DNA of 64,000 nt from Acidimicrobiales bacterium (GCA_050014915.1 JBEKCK010000001.1:38126-102125); one strand, 5' to 3'. Numbered from the stretch's first letter, positions 48,770 to 56,885 are shown. Program-made: numbers and translations. The notes: a model not told the origin generated them from the letters alone.

Positions 48770-49773
48770 ACGAACAGGTAGAAACTCTCGACGTCCTTGA
48801 CGACGAGGAAGGTACTTCGAGTCTGCGATCGAACGCGGTTCGAGTACTCGGGTCCTGGCGTCTCGCAGGAATCGTCATCCCATTCTTGATCCTCTTTACT
48901 TCGTTGTCCATCTGGGTCGGGCCATTCTTCACCAAGACCAACTTGATCAACATCCTCGACCAGCAGTCGGCGTATCTCGCGATTGCCGCGGCCGGAACGC
49001 TCGTACTCGTGGCCGGCGGTCTCGACCTTTCGGTCGGTGCAATCTACGGACTCGCCGCGGTGGTGTCGGGACAACTGGCCGAACACCATTCGCCGGTCAT
49101 CGCCATCGGTGCCGGGCTCCTCGTCGGACTCGGGATGGGATTGGCCAACGGGATGATCGTGGCGTTCCTCAAGATCAACCCGTTCATCGCCACCCTGGCG
49201 ATGTCGTTCGTGATCAGTGGTGTCGCGCTCAAGGCGTCTGGGAACAACCTCATCGTCCTCTCGCAGAACTCCGGTTTCTATAAGTTCGGCAACACCGTCT
49301 TCTTGTCGATACCGAGCGCCGTATGGATAACGCTGGTCTTCGTCGTGATACTCGCGTTGCTGCTCGCCAAGACCACGTTTGGTCGCCGCGTCGTTGCCTC
49401 GGGAGGCAACGCCGAAGCCGCGCGACTCTCCGGTATTCGTGTGAACCAGATTCGCATCATCACCTACGCGTTGAGTGGACTCGCGGCCGGATACGGCGGC
49501 GTCATTGACACGTCGAGGTTGCTCAGTGCCCAGGCCACCGGCGTCCCGAATCTGACCTTCATCGTGCTGGCCGGCGTTGTGGTCGGCGGCACGTCGATTG
49601 CCGGTGGCGAGGGGTCCGTGCCACGAACGACGATCGGCGTCCTCTTCATCGCCATCATCTACAACGGCATTAACCTTACGAACATTGACCAGGTGTACCA
49701 GCAGATCGTGCTCGGCGTGATCATTTTGGTCGCCGTCTCACTGGACGTCTGGGCGCGCAAGCGTCGAGTTTGA
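48766..49773 (+). CDS. sugar ABC transporter permease (RbsC-like)
   Basis: 4-nt overlap with the ATPase gene. Multi-TM BPD_transp_2-like sequence. Confidence 0.85.
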   Translation: MNEQVETLDVLDDEEGTSSLRSNAVRVLGSWRLAGIVIPFLILFTSLSIWVGPFFTKTNLINILDQQSAYLAIAAAGTLVLVAGGLDLSVGAIYGLAAVVSGQLAEHHSPVIAIGAGLLVGLGMGLANGMIVAFLKINPFIATLAMSFVISGVALKASGNNLIVLSQNSGFYKFGNTVFLSIPSAVWITLVFVVILALLLAKTTFGRRVVASGGNAEAARLSGIRVNQIRIITYALSGLAAGYGGVIDTSRLLSAQATGVPNLTFIVLAGVVVGGTSIAGGEGSVPRTTIGVLFIAIIYNGINLTNIDQVYQQIVLGVIILVAVSLDVWARKRRV

Positions 49774-49795
49774 ATATCGCTAGATACCTGGAGGA

Positions 49796-51160
49796 ATGAT
49801 GGGCGTTCACACCTACGGAAGTAACGCCGTTGACTGGGAGAACCGCGTCGACGTGCCCCGTCTCCGCGAAGAACGACTTGCCAAGTTGCAGGCCGAACTG
49901 GAGCGATCGGACCTCGGCGCGCTCTTGACGTTCGACTTTCACAACATCCGCTACATGACCGGCACGCACATCGGCACCTGGGCGATGGACAAGTTGATCC
50001 GTTTCGCGCTGTTGCCGCGCGGGGGCAAGCCCGTCGTGTGGGACTTCGGCTCGGCCGCGCGACATCACCAGCTGTACAACCCGTGGTTGAGCGGCGTCCA
50101 GATCGGACCCGACGGTACCGAGATTCCCTACGAGGGTGCGCGCGCCGGCATCTCCACGTTGCGCGGGGCGATCCCGCCAGGCGCGGACCGAGCCGGCACC
50201 GTGGCCGAGAAGATCAAAGAGGTGTTGTTGCAGTTCGGACTCCAGAACGAACCGATCGGCGTCGACGTGATCGAGATGCCGGTGCTCGCGGCGTTCGCGA
50301 AGGAGGGGATGACGCTGGTCGACGGCCAGCAGGTCTTCTTGGAGGCGCGCCGCATCAAGACCGGTGACGAGATTTTGCTACTCGCCCATGCCGCTTCGAT
50401 GGTCGACGCCGCGTACGAGGAGCTGTACTCGTTCCTGCGGCCGGGCGTTCGCGAGAACGAGTGCGTCGGACTGGTGAACAAGACACTGTACGACCTGGGG
50501 TCAGAACATGTCGAGGGCGTGAACGCCATCTCGGGCGAACGGTGCTCTCCGCACCCGCATGTCTTCAGTGACCGGCTCATCCGACCGGGCGACCCGGCGT
50601 TCTTCGACATCCTGCACAGCTTCAATGGCTATCGGACCTGCTACTACCGCACGTTCGCGGTGGGCAGCGCGTCGGTCGCCCAGCGTGACGCCTATACGAA
50701 GTGCCGCGAGCTCGTCGACGCCGCAATATCGATCGTGAAGCCGGGCACCACGACGGCCGACGTGGTCTCGTTGTGGCCCAAGGCGACGGAGTTCGGTTTC
50801 GCCGACGAAGAGGCCGCGTTCGGCTTGCAGTACGGCCACGGCATCGGTCTGTCGATCTGGGAACGTCCGATCTTCAGCCGCATGGTCTCGCTCGATCAGC
50901 CCGAAGTGCTCGAAGAAGGCATGGTCTTCGCGCTCGAGACCTACTGGCCGGCGAAAGACGGTTGGTCGGCGGCGCGCATCGAAGAAGAGGTCGTCGTCAC
51001 GGCCTCTGGTTGCGAGATCATCACGAAGTTCCCGGCCGAGGAGCTCTTGGTCGCCGGCCAGCGTTACTTCAGCGCCGGCGGTCCGCTCAACGGCCTTCGA
51101 GAGTCACAGTCGAACCTCAACACCGCCGCCGGTCGTGGAGAGAAGCCGACGGAGCAGTAG
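49796..51160 (+). CDS. M24-fold (creatinase/prolidase-like) protein
   Basis: Creatinase_N-like N-terminal domain plus a pita-bread domain carrying GHGIGLSIWE, FALET and RIEEEVVVT. The second Asp metal ligand reads Cys (see findings). Confidence 0.75.
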   Translation: MMGVHTYGSNAVDWENRVDVPRLREERLAKLQAELERSDLGALLTFDFHNIRYMTGTHIGTWAMDKLIRFALLPRGGKPVVWDFGSAARHHQLYNPWLSGVQIGPDGTEIPYEGARAGISTLRGAIPPGADRAGTVAEKIKEVLLQFGLQNEPIGVDVIEMPVLAAFAKEGMTLVDGQQVFLEARRIKTGDEILLLAHAASMVDAAYEELYSFLRPGVRENECVGLVNKTLYDLGSEHVEGVNAISGERCSPHPHVFSDRLIRPGDPAFFDILHSFNGYRTCYYRTFAVGSASVAQRDAYTKCRELVDAAISIVKPGTTTADVVSLWPKATEFGFADEEAAFGLQYGHGIGLSIWERPIFSRMVSLDQPEVLEEGMVFALETYWPAKDGWSAARIEEEVVVTASGCEIITKFPAEELLVAGQRYFSAGGPLNGLRESQSNLNTAAGRGEKPTEQ

Positions 51161-51173
51161 GCCCCTACGTCGG

Positions 51174-52133
51174 TTACGTCTCTCCGCCAGCGAGGTCGCG
51201 GTAATGCTCGCGCCAGATCAGACGATAGACGCGGGTCATTCGTGGTATCGAACGCAGCCCGGGGATGAAAGGTATCAGCGCGAGTCCCAGTGTCAGGACC
51301 ATCATGATGGCCCAGACGAGTATGTCACCGTTACCGCTCGTATTCATGGGCGCCACTTGGTACCAGAATGTGTAGAGCCAGAGCCACGCTTGACCGGGGT
51401 AGTTCCCGGTCTCGTTCATCATGCCCCACTGCTCACCCGTGAGGTGCTGCTTTTGGGCGATATTGGCCATGTACGACCCGTCGGCCAAGAAGAGCAACGG
51501 CAGCGTGTAGTCGGTCGTGTAGAAACCGTTCTGCGTCACGAGTGCTTGGTCGAGGGCACCGGTACGGGCCATCTGCAAGAGGTCCGACATCATCAACGGC
51601 ACGGGACCGGCGTTCGTCGCGTTCACCACGAGGGCGCCGTTGACGATCTTCGTGTGCTTCGCCGCGCTCGTGTAGTTGTTGACCCAGCCGGTTCGCGTCG
51701 AGGCCGACGCGTGGGACCACTGCTTCAAGTCCGTCGACAGCCCGGGCTGGCCGGGCAGTGACTTCAACGGGTCGACCACGAAGTCCTTCACGGTGTTGAT
51801 GGGGATTCGCACACCGACCCATTTGGCCAGGGTGAGCGGCCCCAGTTGTTGACCGGTGGACGCCTTGTTGTACGGCGCGCCGTACTGCGCGGTGCCCGAC
51901 GTGCCGTTCAGTTCACTCAGAGCAGTGGCGGCGAAGTCCATGGGATCGCTGTTGGACCATCCCTTGATGGTGAGCGCCGGTTCATCGGGTGAACCGAAGA
52001 CCACGGCGAGCAGCACCGTCAACACGGACACCACGACGAGCGCGATGACACCTTCTTTGATGATGTCGTAGGGGCTGTGACCGCCCTTCCATTCCGGCGC
52101 GTCGACGTCGGGTCGAAATGCCTTCTTCGTCAT
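51174..52133 (-). CDS. membrane protein resembling cytochrome b6f subunit IV / cytochrome b C-terminal region, with a large extracytoplasmic insertion
   Basis: The ATG overlaps the cytochrome b stop (ATGA at 52130-52133). N-terminal TM helix (VIALVVVSVLTVLLAVVFG), a soluble segment of about 200 aa without Cys, then YPGQAWLWLYTFWYQVAP and a TM helix ILVWAIMMVLTLGLALIPFIPGL. That last part resembles the PEWY / helix F region. Confidence 0.5.
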   Translation of the reverse strand: MTKKAFRPDVDAPEWKGGHSPYDIIKEGVIALVVVSVLTVLLAVVFGSPDEPALTIKGWSNSDPMDFAATALSELNGTSGTAQYGAPYNKASTGQQLGPLTLAKWVGVRIPINTVKDFVVDPLKSLPGQPGLSTDLKQWSHASASTRTGWVNNYTSAAKHTKIVNGALVVNATNAGPVPLMMSDLLQMARTGALDQALVTQNGFYTTDYTLPLLFLADGSYMANIAQKQHLTGEQWGMMNETGNYPGQAWLWLYTFWYQVAPMNTSGNGDILVWAIMMVLTLGLALIPFIPGLRSIPRMTRVYRLIWREHYRDLAGGET

Positions 52134-52756
52134 TGCGCCACCTGTGTGCTCTGCTCAAACGGTGGCACGACACCCTTCACACGAACGAGGAGCACGTGCA
52201 AGGCGGTCAAGACCACTGCCGCAATCGGCAGGAGGACGATGTGCCACATCAACATCTGGCCGACGTTCAAGACGTTCCAATAGGCCCCGCCGCCGGTGGC
52301 GTTGATGCCATCCTTCGCCTGAGTGGAGATCCACTGGGAGTCGAAATTGGTCTGGCTGAGATAGCCGGTGAAGGCCGTGGCGATGGATACGACGAACGTC
52401 ACGACGCCCGTCACCCACGTGAGTCCGCGACCGCCGCGCCAGGCCGCCATGAAGAACTTGCCCCACAGGTGTATGACCATGGCGAAGAAGAAGATCTCCA
52501 CGCTCCAGAGGTGCAGGGAGTTCACGAAGTGACCGACGTAGGAGCCGTGCCACCACTGGGGTCCGCGAATCGCGAGGAGGCACCCGGTGGCGATGACGAC
52601 GACGAGAGAGGCGAGGGTCGCGACGCCAAAGACGTAGATCCACGATGAGACGTACGTTGGCTGCGTGTCAGGTAGCAACTTCTCCGGGGGCAGTTTGCCG
52701 GCGGCGCGTCGGCGAAGACGCGTCGTCCACTGGCGGTCAATCTCAGTCGTGCTCAT
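52130..52756 (-). CDS. cytochrome b, N-terminal (b6-type) domain protein
   Basis: 208 codons starting at ATG 52756 (MSTTEIDRQW); the track ORF extends to 53098. Heme ligand pairs are H82/H96 (13 residues between) and H172/H187 (14 between). Motif FTGYLSQTNFDSQW. Confidence 0.8.
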   Translation of the reverse strand: MSTTEIDRQWTTRLRRRAAGKLPPEKLLPDTQPTYVSSWIYVFGVATLASLVVVIATGCLLAIRGPQWWHGSYVGHFVNSLHLWSVEIFFFAMVIHLWGKFFMAAWRGGRGLTWVTGVVTFVVSIATAFTGYLSQTNFDSQWISTQAKDGINATGGGAYWNVLNVGQMLMWHIVLLPIAAVVLTALHVLLVRVKGVVPPFEQSTQVAQ

Positions 52757-52935
52757 CGGTTCTCCCTTCGGCGCCGTCGACCGGGAAATGGCGCGAAGAG
52801 CGCCACCAAGAAGGTCACGATCATCAAGACGATGACCACCAGGTTGGCGACGCTGATCAGGAAGATATGCCAGTGCAGATAGTGGCCGAGCGTGTTCAGC
52901 GGAAATATGGCCGCGAACACCAAAAAATGAGACAT
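52753..52935 (-). CDS. small hydrophobic protein (60 aa) with His-rich loop
   Basis: ATG 52935 (MSHFLVF...) is preceded by GGGGAGGGAAG. Its stop overlaps the cytochrome b start (ATGA at 52753-52756). Sequence GHYLHWH followed by a long TM helix. Confidence 0.5.
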   Translation of the reverse strand: MSHFLVFAAIFPLNTLGHYLHWHIFLISVANLVVIVLMIVTFLVALFAPFPGRRRRRENR

Positions 52936-53182
52936 CTTCCCTCCCCGAAATGCCTGAATCAAGTCTCGCGGGTGACGCTTTAAAGCCACTAGGGGACAAG
53001 GTCCTATCTCCGACTCTAAGGCGCTCGGTCAAGTCAGTGCAATTCCACCGAGCCGGACTCGCCGTCTCGTTGGCCGCGTAACTTCTAACTCGGAACATCT
53101 ACCCGCGAGTATTCGGTCCGCGGACTGAAGGTGAACCTCCTCCCGCGCGCCAACGTGAGCGTCATGACATAGGTTTTGTTGG

Positions 53183-53536
53183 ATGAAAACCGCTCGGGTC
53201 GTGCTCGTCGCCGCTCTCAGCGCCCTCGGTCTCAGCGCCTGCGGGTCGAGCGCACCCTCGGCCTCGCGCTTCGTGGCCTCGACCGATTGCACCGTGAGCG
53301 TGACCAACGTCGACTACGCCGGTTGCGACCTCTCGCACGTCGACTTCCACGGCGCCGACCTCGGATCCGACAACTTTCGCCGGGCGAACCTGTCATTCGC
53401 GAACCTTGACGGCGCCAATCTTCAAGGGGCGGACCTTCGCGGTGCGAAGACGCACGGCGTGCTGACCGACTCCGCCACCGTGTGCGAGAACGCCGCGCTG
53501 GGTCCCTGTACGGCGCCAGGACTTCGCAGTGGGTAA
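53183..53536 (+). CDS. pentapeptide-repeat lipoprotein
   Basis: Signal peptide with lipobox LSAC, then tandem A(D/N)LxG-type pentapeptides (GADLGSDNFRRANLSFANLDGANLQGADLRGA). Confidence 0.75.
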   Translation: MKTARVVLVAALSALGLSACGSSAPSASRFVASTDCTVSVTNVDYAGCDLSHVDFHGADLGSDNFRRANLSFANLDGANLQGADLRGAKTHGVLTDSATVCENAALGPCTAPGLRSG

Positions 53537-53676
53537 GGAACCGGCGCGTCGCCCTTGGTCGTGCGCGGTGGTCTTGGTACTCTTCAGAGATAGGCGAGAG
53601 CTGCGGGGGTGGTCGGTAGCATGAAGCGCTTGGCAACGAAGCGTCACGCCCGCGCCAGAGACAGAAGGTCGTCACC

Positions 53677-54618
53677 GTGACCTACCTCACGCACCACTGG
53701 GGCTATCCGGTGCTCGCGTTGGTCGCCCTGCTCGTGGTGGCGGTGCACGAACGGGGCCTTCGCGCCCTCAATGCCCGTTCCACCATCGCCCACGCCCGAG
53801 CGCGACGGCAGCGCATGTGGTTGGCCTACGCGGGCATCGCTGTGTTGACCTTGAGCGTGGTCTCGCCGCTGCAGTACTGGTCGATGGAGTACTTCTGGGT
53901 GCACATGATCCAGCACGTCACGGTCATGCTCGCCGCGCCGGCGTTGTACGTGGCCGGGGCGCCGGCCGTGCCCCTGGTCTTCGCGCTGCCCGTCGCGACG
54001 CGTCGACGACTCCTTCGTCGGGTGTTCCTTCGACCCGGGCGTCCCCTGCTGCGACGGATTGGCGCGGTCGTGTTCTCACCGCTCTTCGCCATCGTCTTCT
54101 TCAACGTGGTCATGGTCGTGTGGATGATCCCGAGCGTCTTCAATCCGGTGATGGGTGACCCGGGACTGCACATCAGCTTGATGCTGACCAGCTTCTTCGT
54201 CTCGGGGCTCTTGTTCTGGGCGCAGTTCATCCCGTCGCGTCCATGGCGTCCGACACTCTCGCCCTTCGCCCGCGTCGGCGCACTGCTCGCCACCAACGTC
54301 GTGATGACCATCGTCGCCATGTCGCTGAGTTTCCTGGCGTCGGGACCTTTCTACGACATCGGGAACTCGATGCTCGGTATGGCCCATATGTCCTCGATGG
54401 TGCCCACCACGTTGAACCCATTCGCGGACCAACAGATCGGCGCCGCGATCCTGTGGGTGTGCGGCGACTTCTGGTGCTACCCGGCCCTGGTGATGGCGCT
54501 ACGCCTGGCGACCAAGAACGACACGAACTCCAGCGCCATGGATCACGTGCTGCGGGGACGACGCTCGATGACCGTCGAGGAGTTCCGAGGGATCAGTCAG
54601 GACGAGACCGTCACCTAA
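53677..54618 (+). CDS. ctaG: cytochrome c oxidase assembly factor CtaG (Caa3_CtaG family)
   Basis: Multi-TM protein with YFWVHMIQHVTVMLAAPALYVAG and the C-terminal DQQIGAAILWVCGD, both family-typical. GTG start. Confidence 0.75.
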   Translation: MTYLTHHWGYPVLALVALLVVAVHERGLRALNARSTIAHARARRQRMWLAYAGIAVLTLSVVSPLQYWSMEYFWVHMIQHVTVMLAAPALYVAGAPAVPLVFALPVATRRRLLRRVFLRPGRPLLRRIGAVVFSPLFAIVFFNVVMVVWMIPSVFNPVMGDPGLHISLMLTSFFVSGLLFWAQFIPSRPWRPTLSPFARVGALLATNVVMTIVAMSLSFLASGPFYDIGNSMLGMAHMSSMVPTTLNPFADQQIGAAILWVCGDFWCYPALVMALRLATKNDTNSSAMDHVLRGRRSMTVEEFRGISQDETVT

Positions 54619-55532
54619 CTGGCGTCGCCCGCCACGGTGGGCGCCTCGTCGATCATCGGGATGAGGTAGCCGAAGAACGCCACCGACCCGCCGAGGAACA
54701 TCAGTGCCATGCCCAGCAGTCGTAGCGGGTGGTCGACGCACAGTATGCCGCCGAGAGCGCCCACGACGACACCGACCAGACCACTGACGGCCGCGATTCG
54801 ATCGACTCGACGGCCCGGCGCGCGAGTGAACACGTAGAGCACGACGGCGAGCGCGCCGACGCCCAGCAGACCCCCGAGGAGCGCGTGGAGGACATAGATC
54901 GCCTCGCCGCGGTGCGACAGCCAACCGTCGGGTCGATTGAACGGCACGTACAACATGCCAAAGAGACCGGCGGCGAACTCGACGCACACGCCGATCATCA
55001 GTGACAGCCACACCACGCGCGCAACCGGGATGGACGCGTCCCCGTCGGACGTCACCGCGCGGTTCGACCGCACCGGTACCGTCGCGTACACGGCTCCCCG
55101 GTCGGTTACAGGCGCGGCGAACACCAAGAGGTTGTAGGTGATCAGGGCGACCGCGAGGTGCATGATCATCAGAAAGACCACGCCGCGCGTCGGCTCGTGC
55201 TTGAGCAAGAGCCAGCCGTCTGGCACCCACAGCACCAACATGACGACGACCGCGGTGCGGAAGAAGGCACGGCGGGGGGGATCGAGGGTTCGCGTGACGA
55301 CGTACCACGCCGTGCCCGCGCCGACGACGCCGACGGCCGTGAGCGTGCCGTAGTCCGAGAGTCGAAAGTGCGAATAGTGCTGGAGTGAGGGATCGAAGGC
55401 CGTGGCCAGCCACACGAGCCCGGCGTTGACGGCGATCGAGGCGACCGCGGCCAGCACCGTGACCACCGCGACGCGGGGCCACGGTGGCAACGCGCGCACC
55501 GTCATTGTCGGTGACGCCGGTTCAGTCGTCAT
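54615..55532 (-). CDS. integral membrane protein of unknown function (8 predicted TM helices)
   Basis: 305-aa hydrophobic ORF. The alternative-frame ORF 54499..55482 is Arg-rich shadow. Its start overlaps the upstream 132-aa ORF by 11 nt. Confidence 0.6.
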   Translation of the reverse strand: MTTEPASPTMTVRALPPWPRVAVVTVLAAVASIAVNAGLVWLATAFDPSLQHYSHFRLSDYGTLTAVGVVGAGTAWYVVTRTLDPPRRAFFRTAVVVMLVLWVPDGWLLLKHEPTRGVVFLMIMHLAVALITYNLLVFAAPVTDRGAVYATVPVRSNRAVTSDGDASIPVARVVWLSLMIGVCVEFAAGLFGMLYVPFNRPDGWLSHRGEAIYVLHALLGGLLGVGALAVVLYVFTRAPGRRVDRIAAVSGLVGVVVGALGGILCVDHPLRLLGMALMFLGGSVAFFGYLIPMIDEAPTVAGDAS

Positions 55533-55920
55533 CGCGCTTCATGGCGTCGCTGGGCTGGCCACCGGCCTCTTCAGCCCGACGGTTCGTCTCAAGTTTGGCC
55601 ACCTCTTCTTGCCAGGCCCGGAGCATTCCCTCGTATTCGGGCGCGACGGTGGGCTTCTCGCGCGGGCGTCGGATCGTGAAGCCGGGGTGCAGCAGTTTCC
55701 ACCACATATATATGGCGAAGATTCCGAGCAGCGGCCATTCGAAGACGTAGGCCCAACTGAGTTCGTTTCCCCCTTCGGCGCGATGAAGTTCGAAGATGAA
55801 CGCGGCGGCGCAGAGGGCGAGTCCCACGACCAGGGTGAAGTGCGTCTTCATCGCTGACGCGCTCGTGAGCGAAACTCTCTTCGGCGACCCTTCCTCGGGC
55901 ACCTTGTCGGTGTCGCTCAC
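55522..55920 (-). CDS. small membrane protein of unknown function (2 TM)
   Basis: GTG start preceded by AGGACG. Two hydrophobic helices (FTLVVGLALCAAAFIF, WPLLGIFAIYMWWKLL) and a charged C-terminal tail. Confidence 0.55.
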   Translation of the reverse strand: MSDTDKVPEEGSPKRVSLTSASAMKTHFTLVVGLALCAAAFIFELHRAEGGNELSWAYVFEWPLLGIFAIYMWWKLLHPGFTIRRPREKPTVAPEYEGMLRAWQEEVAKLETNRRAEEAGGQPSDAMKRDDD

Positions 55921-55985
55921 CGTCCTACTGTACCCGCGTGTTTTTGCCGCCCTCGCTCGACGCGGGGCCGTGATACGGCGCCCCT

Positions 55986-56885
55986 ATGGTAAAAATGACC
56001 CGAGCGATGGGCAGCGAGATGACGACCGGCAATGGGGAGACCTCGCGTGAACCCTGCGAGCTGAACGAAGAAGAGCGCGCTTCGATCTTCGCTGCCGCCA
56101 ACGCGCCGCGGGACCGGCTCGGCAAGTTACGCGCCGGGCGCGTGACGGTGCCCACCAAGTTCATCGTGTGGACCCTCGTCGCGATCGCGGTCTTGGGACT
56201 CGGAGGTGAAGTGGCGCAGCACTTCTTCGAGACCTACGGGAAGGCGTCGCCCCCGGTGAAGACCCACGTGCTCAAGGGCACGCCCACGACGAACCCCAAC
56301 GAGCCGTCGCTGATCTCGCTGCAAGTGTTCATCGGGCTCAAGGACATCGGTGAAGAAGTGGCCCCCAAGTTCACGCTGCACACCCAGAGCGGCCATCGGT
56401 GGCGACTCGGTTCGCACAAGGGTCACGTCGTCGTCCTCACTTTCTATAACTCGATCTGCAACGACATCTGCCCGGTACTCGGCGCCGAGATACGAATCGC
56501 GTCGCACGAGCTCGGCGCTGATGCCGACATGGTCGACTTCGTCATCGTCAACACCGATCCCAACTCGACCAAGATCTCGGCGAAAAGTCCCGCCCTCAGC
56601 GTGCCGGGGCTCGGCGATGATCAGTCGGTCACCTTCTTGTCGGGATCGGTTACCACGCTCAACCGCGTCTGGTCCGCGTACGGGGTCCGGATCGACGTGG
56701 GGGCGAAGCGCGATCAGGTGTCACACAACAACGTGCTGTACTTCATCGGACCCAACGGCAATCTCTCGGCCTACGCCGCGCCGTTCGGCACCGAAAGCGC
56801 GACCGGTCTGTACTCGCTCGACGCCCCGAGTCTGCACACCTACGCCCGAGCCATCGCCGAGACCGCCGATAGTCTTGTCCGGTGA
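55986..56885 (+). CDS. SCO1/SenC family copper chaperone (thioredoxin fold)
   Basis: TM anchor, then VVVLTFYNSICNDICP (CxxxC) and a downstream conserved His in VSHNNVLYFIGPNG. Confidence 0.8.
   Translation: MVKMTRAMGSEMTTGNGETSREPCELNEEERASIFAAANAPRDRLGKLRAGRVTVPTKFIVWTLVAIAVLGLGGEVAQHFFETYGKASPPVKTHVLKGTPTTNPNEPSLISLQVFIGLKDIGEEVAPKFTLHTQSGHRWRLGSHKGHVVVLTFYNSICNDICPVLGAEIRIASHELGADADMVDFVIVNTDPNSTKISAKSPALSVPGLGDDQSVTFLSGSVTTLNRVWSAYGVRIDVGAKRDQVSHNNVLYFIGPNGNLSAYAAPFGTESATGLYSLDAPSLHTYARAIAETADSLVR

Noticed and set aside
49796-51160. Possible assignment of the M24-fold protein as a DddP-type DMSP lyase or DoeA-type ectoine hydrolase.
   Set aside because: The only support is general architectural resemblance, recalled from memory. 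The altered metal ligand and the ribose-type transporter context do not back either specific function.
52757-53098. N-terminal 114 codons of track ORF 52130..53098, an apparent extension of cytochrome b.
   Set aside because: It overlaps the small His-rich ORF in another frame and has no RBS. The cytochrome b homology starts near MSTTEID, whose ATG overlaps the upstream stop.
53116-53125. 10-bp perfect palindrome GTCCGCGGAC in the cytochrome b / pentapeptide divergent region. A similar 10-bp ACTCATGAGT lies at 36953-36962.
   Set aside because: Roughly 60 perfect 10-bp palindromes are expected by chance in 64 kb, and no supporting context was found.
54499-55482. 327-codon ORF in an alternate frame of the 305-aa membrane protein gene.
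   Set aside because: It is extremely Arg-rich (RRRRRG runs). The 54615..55532 frame gives coherent TM helices and is coupled to the upstream gene.
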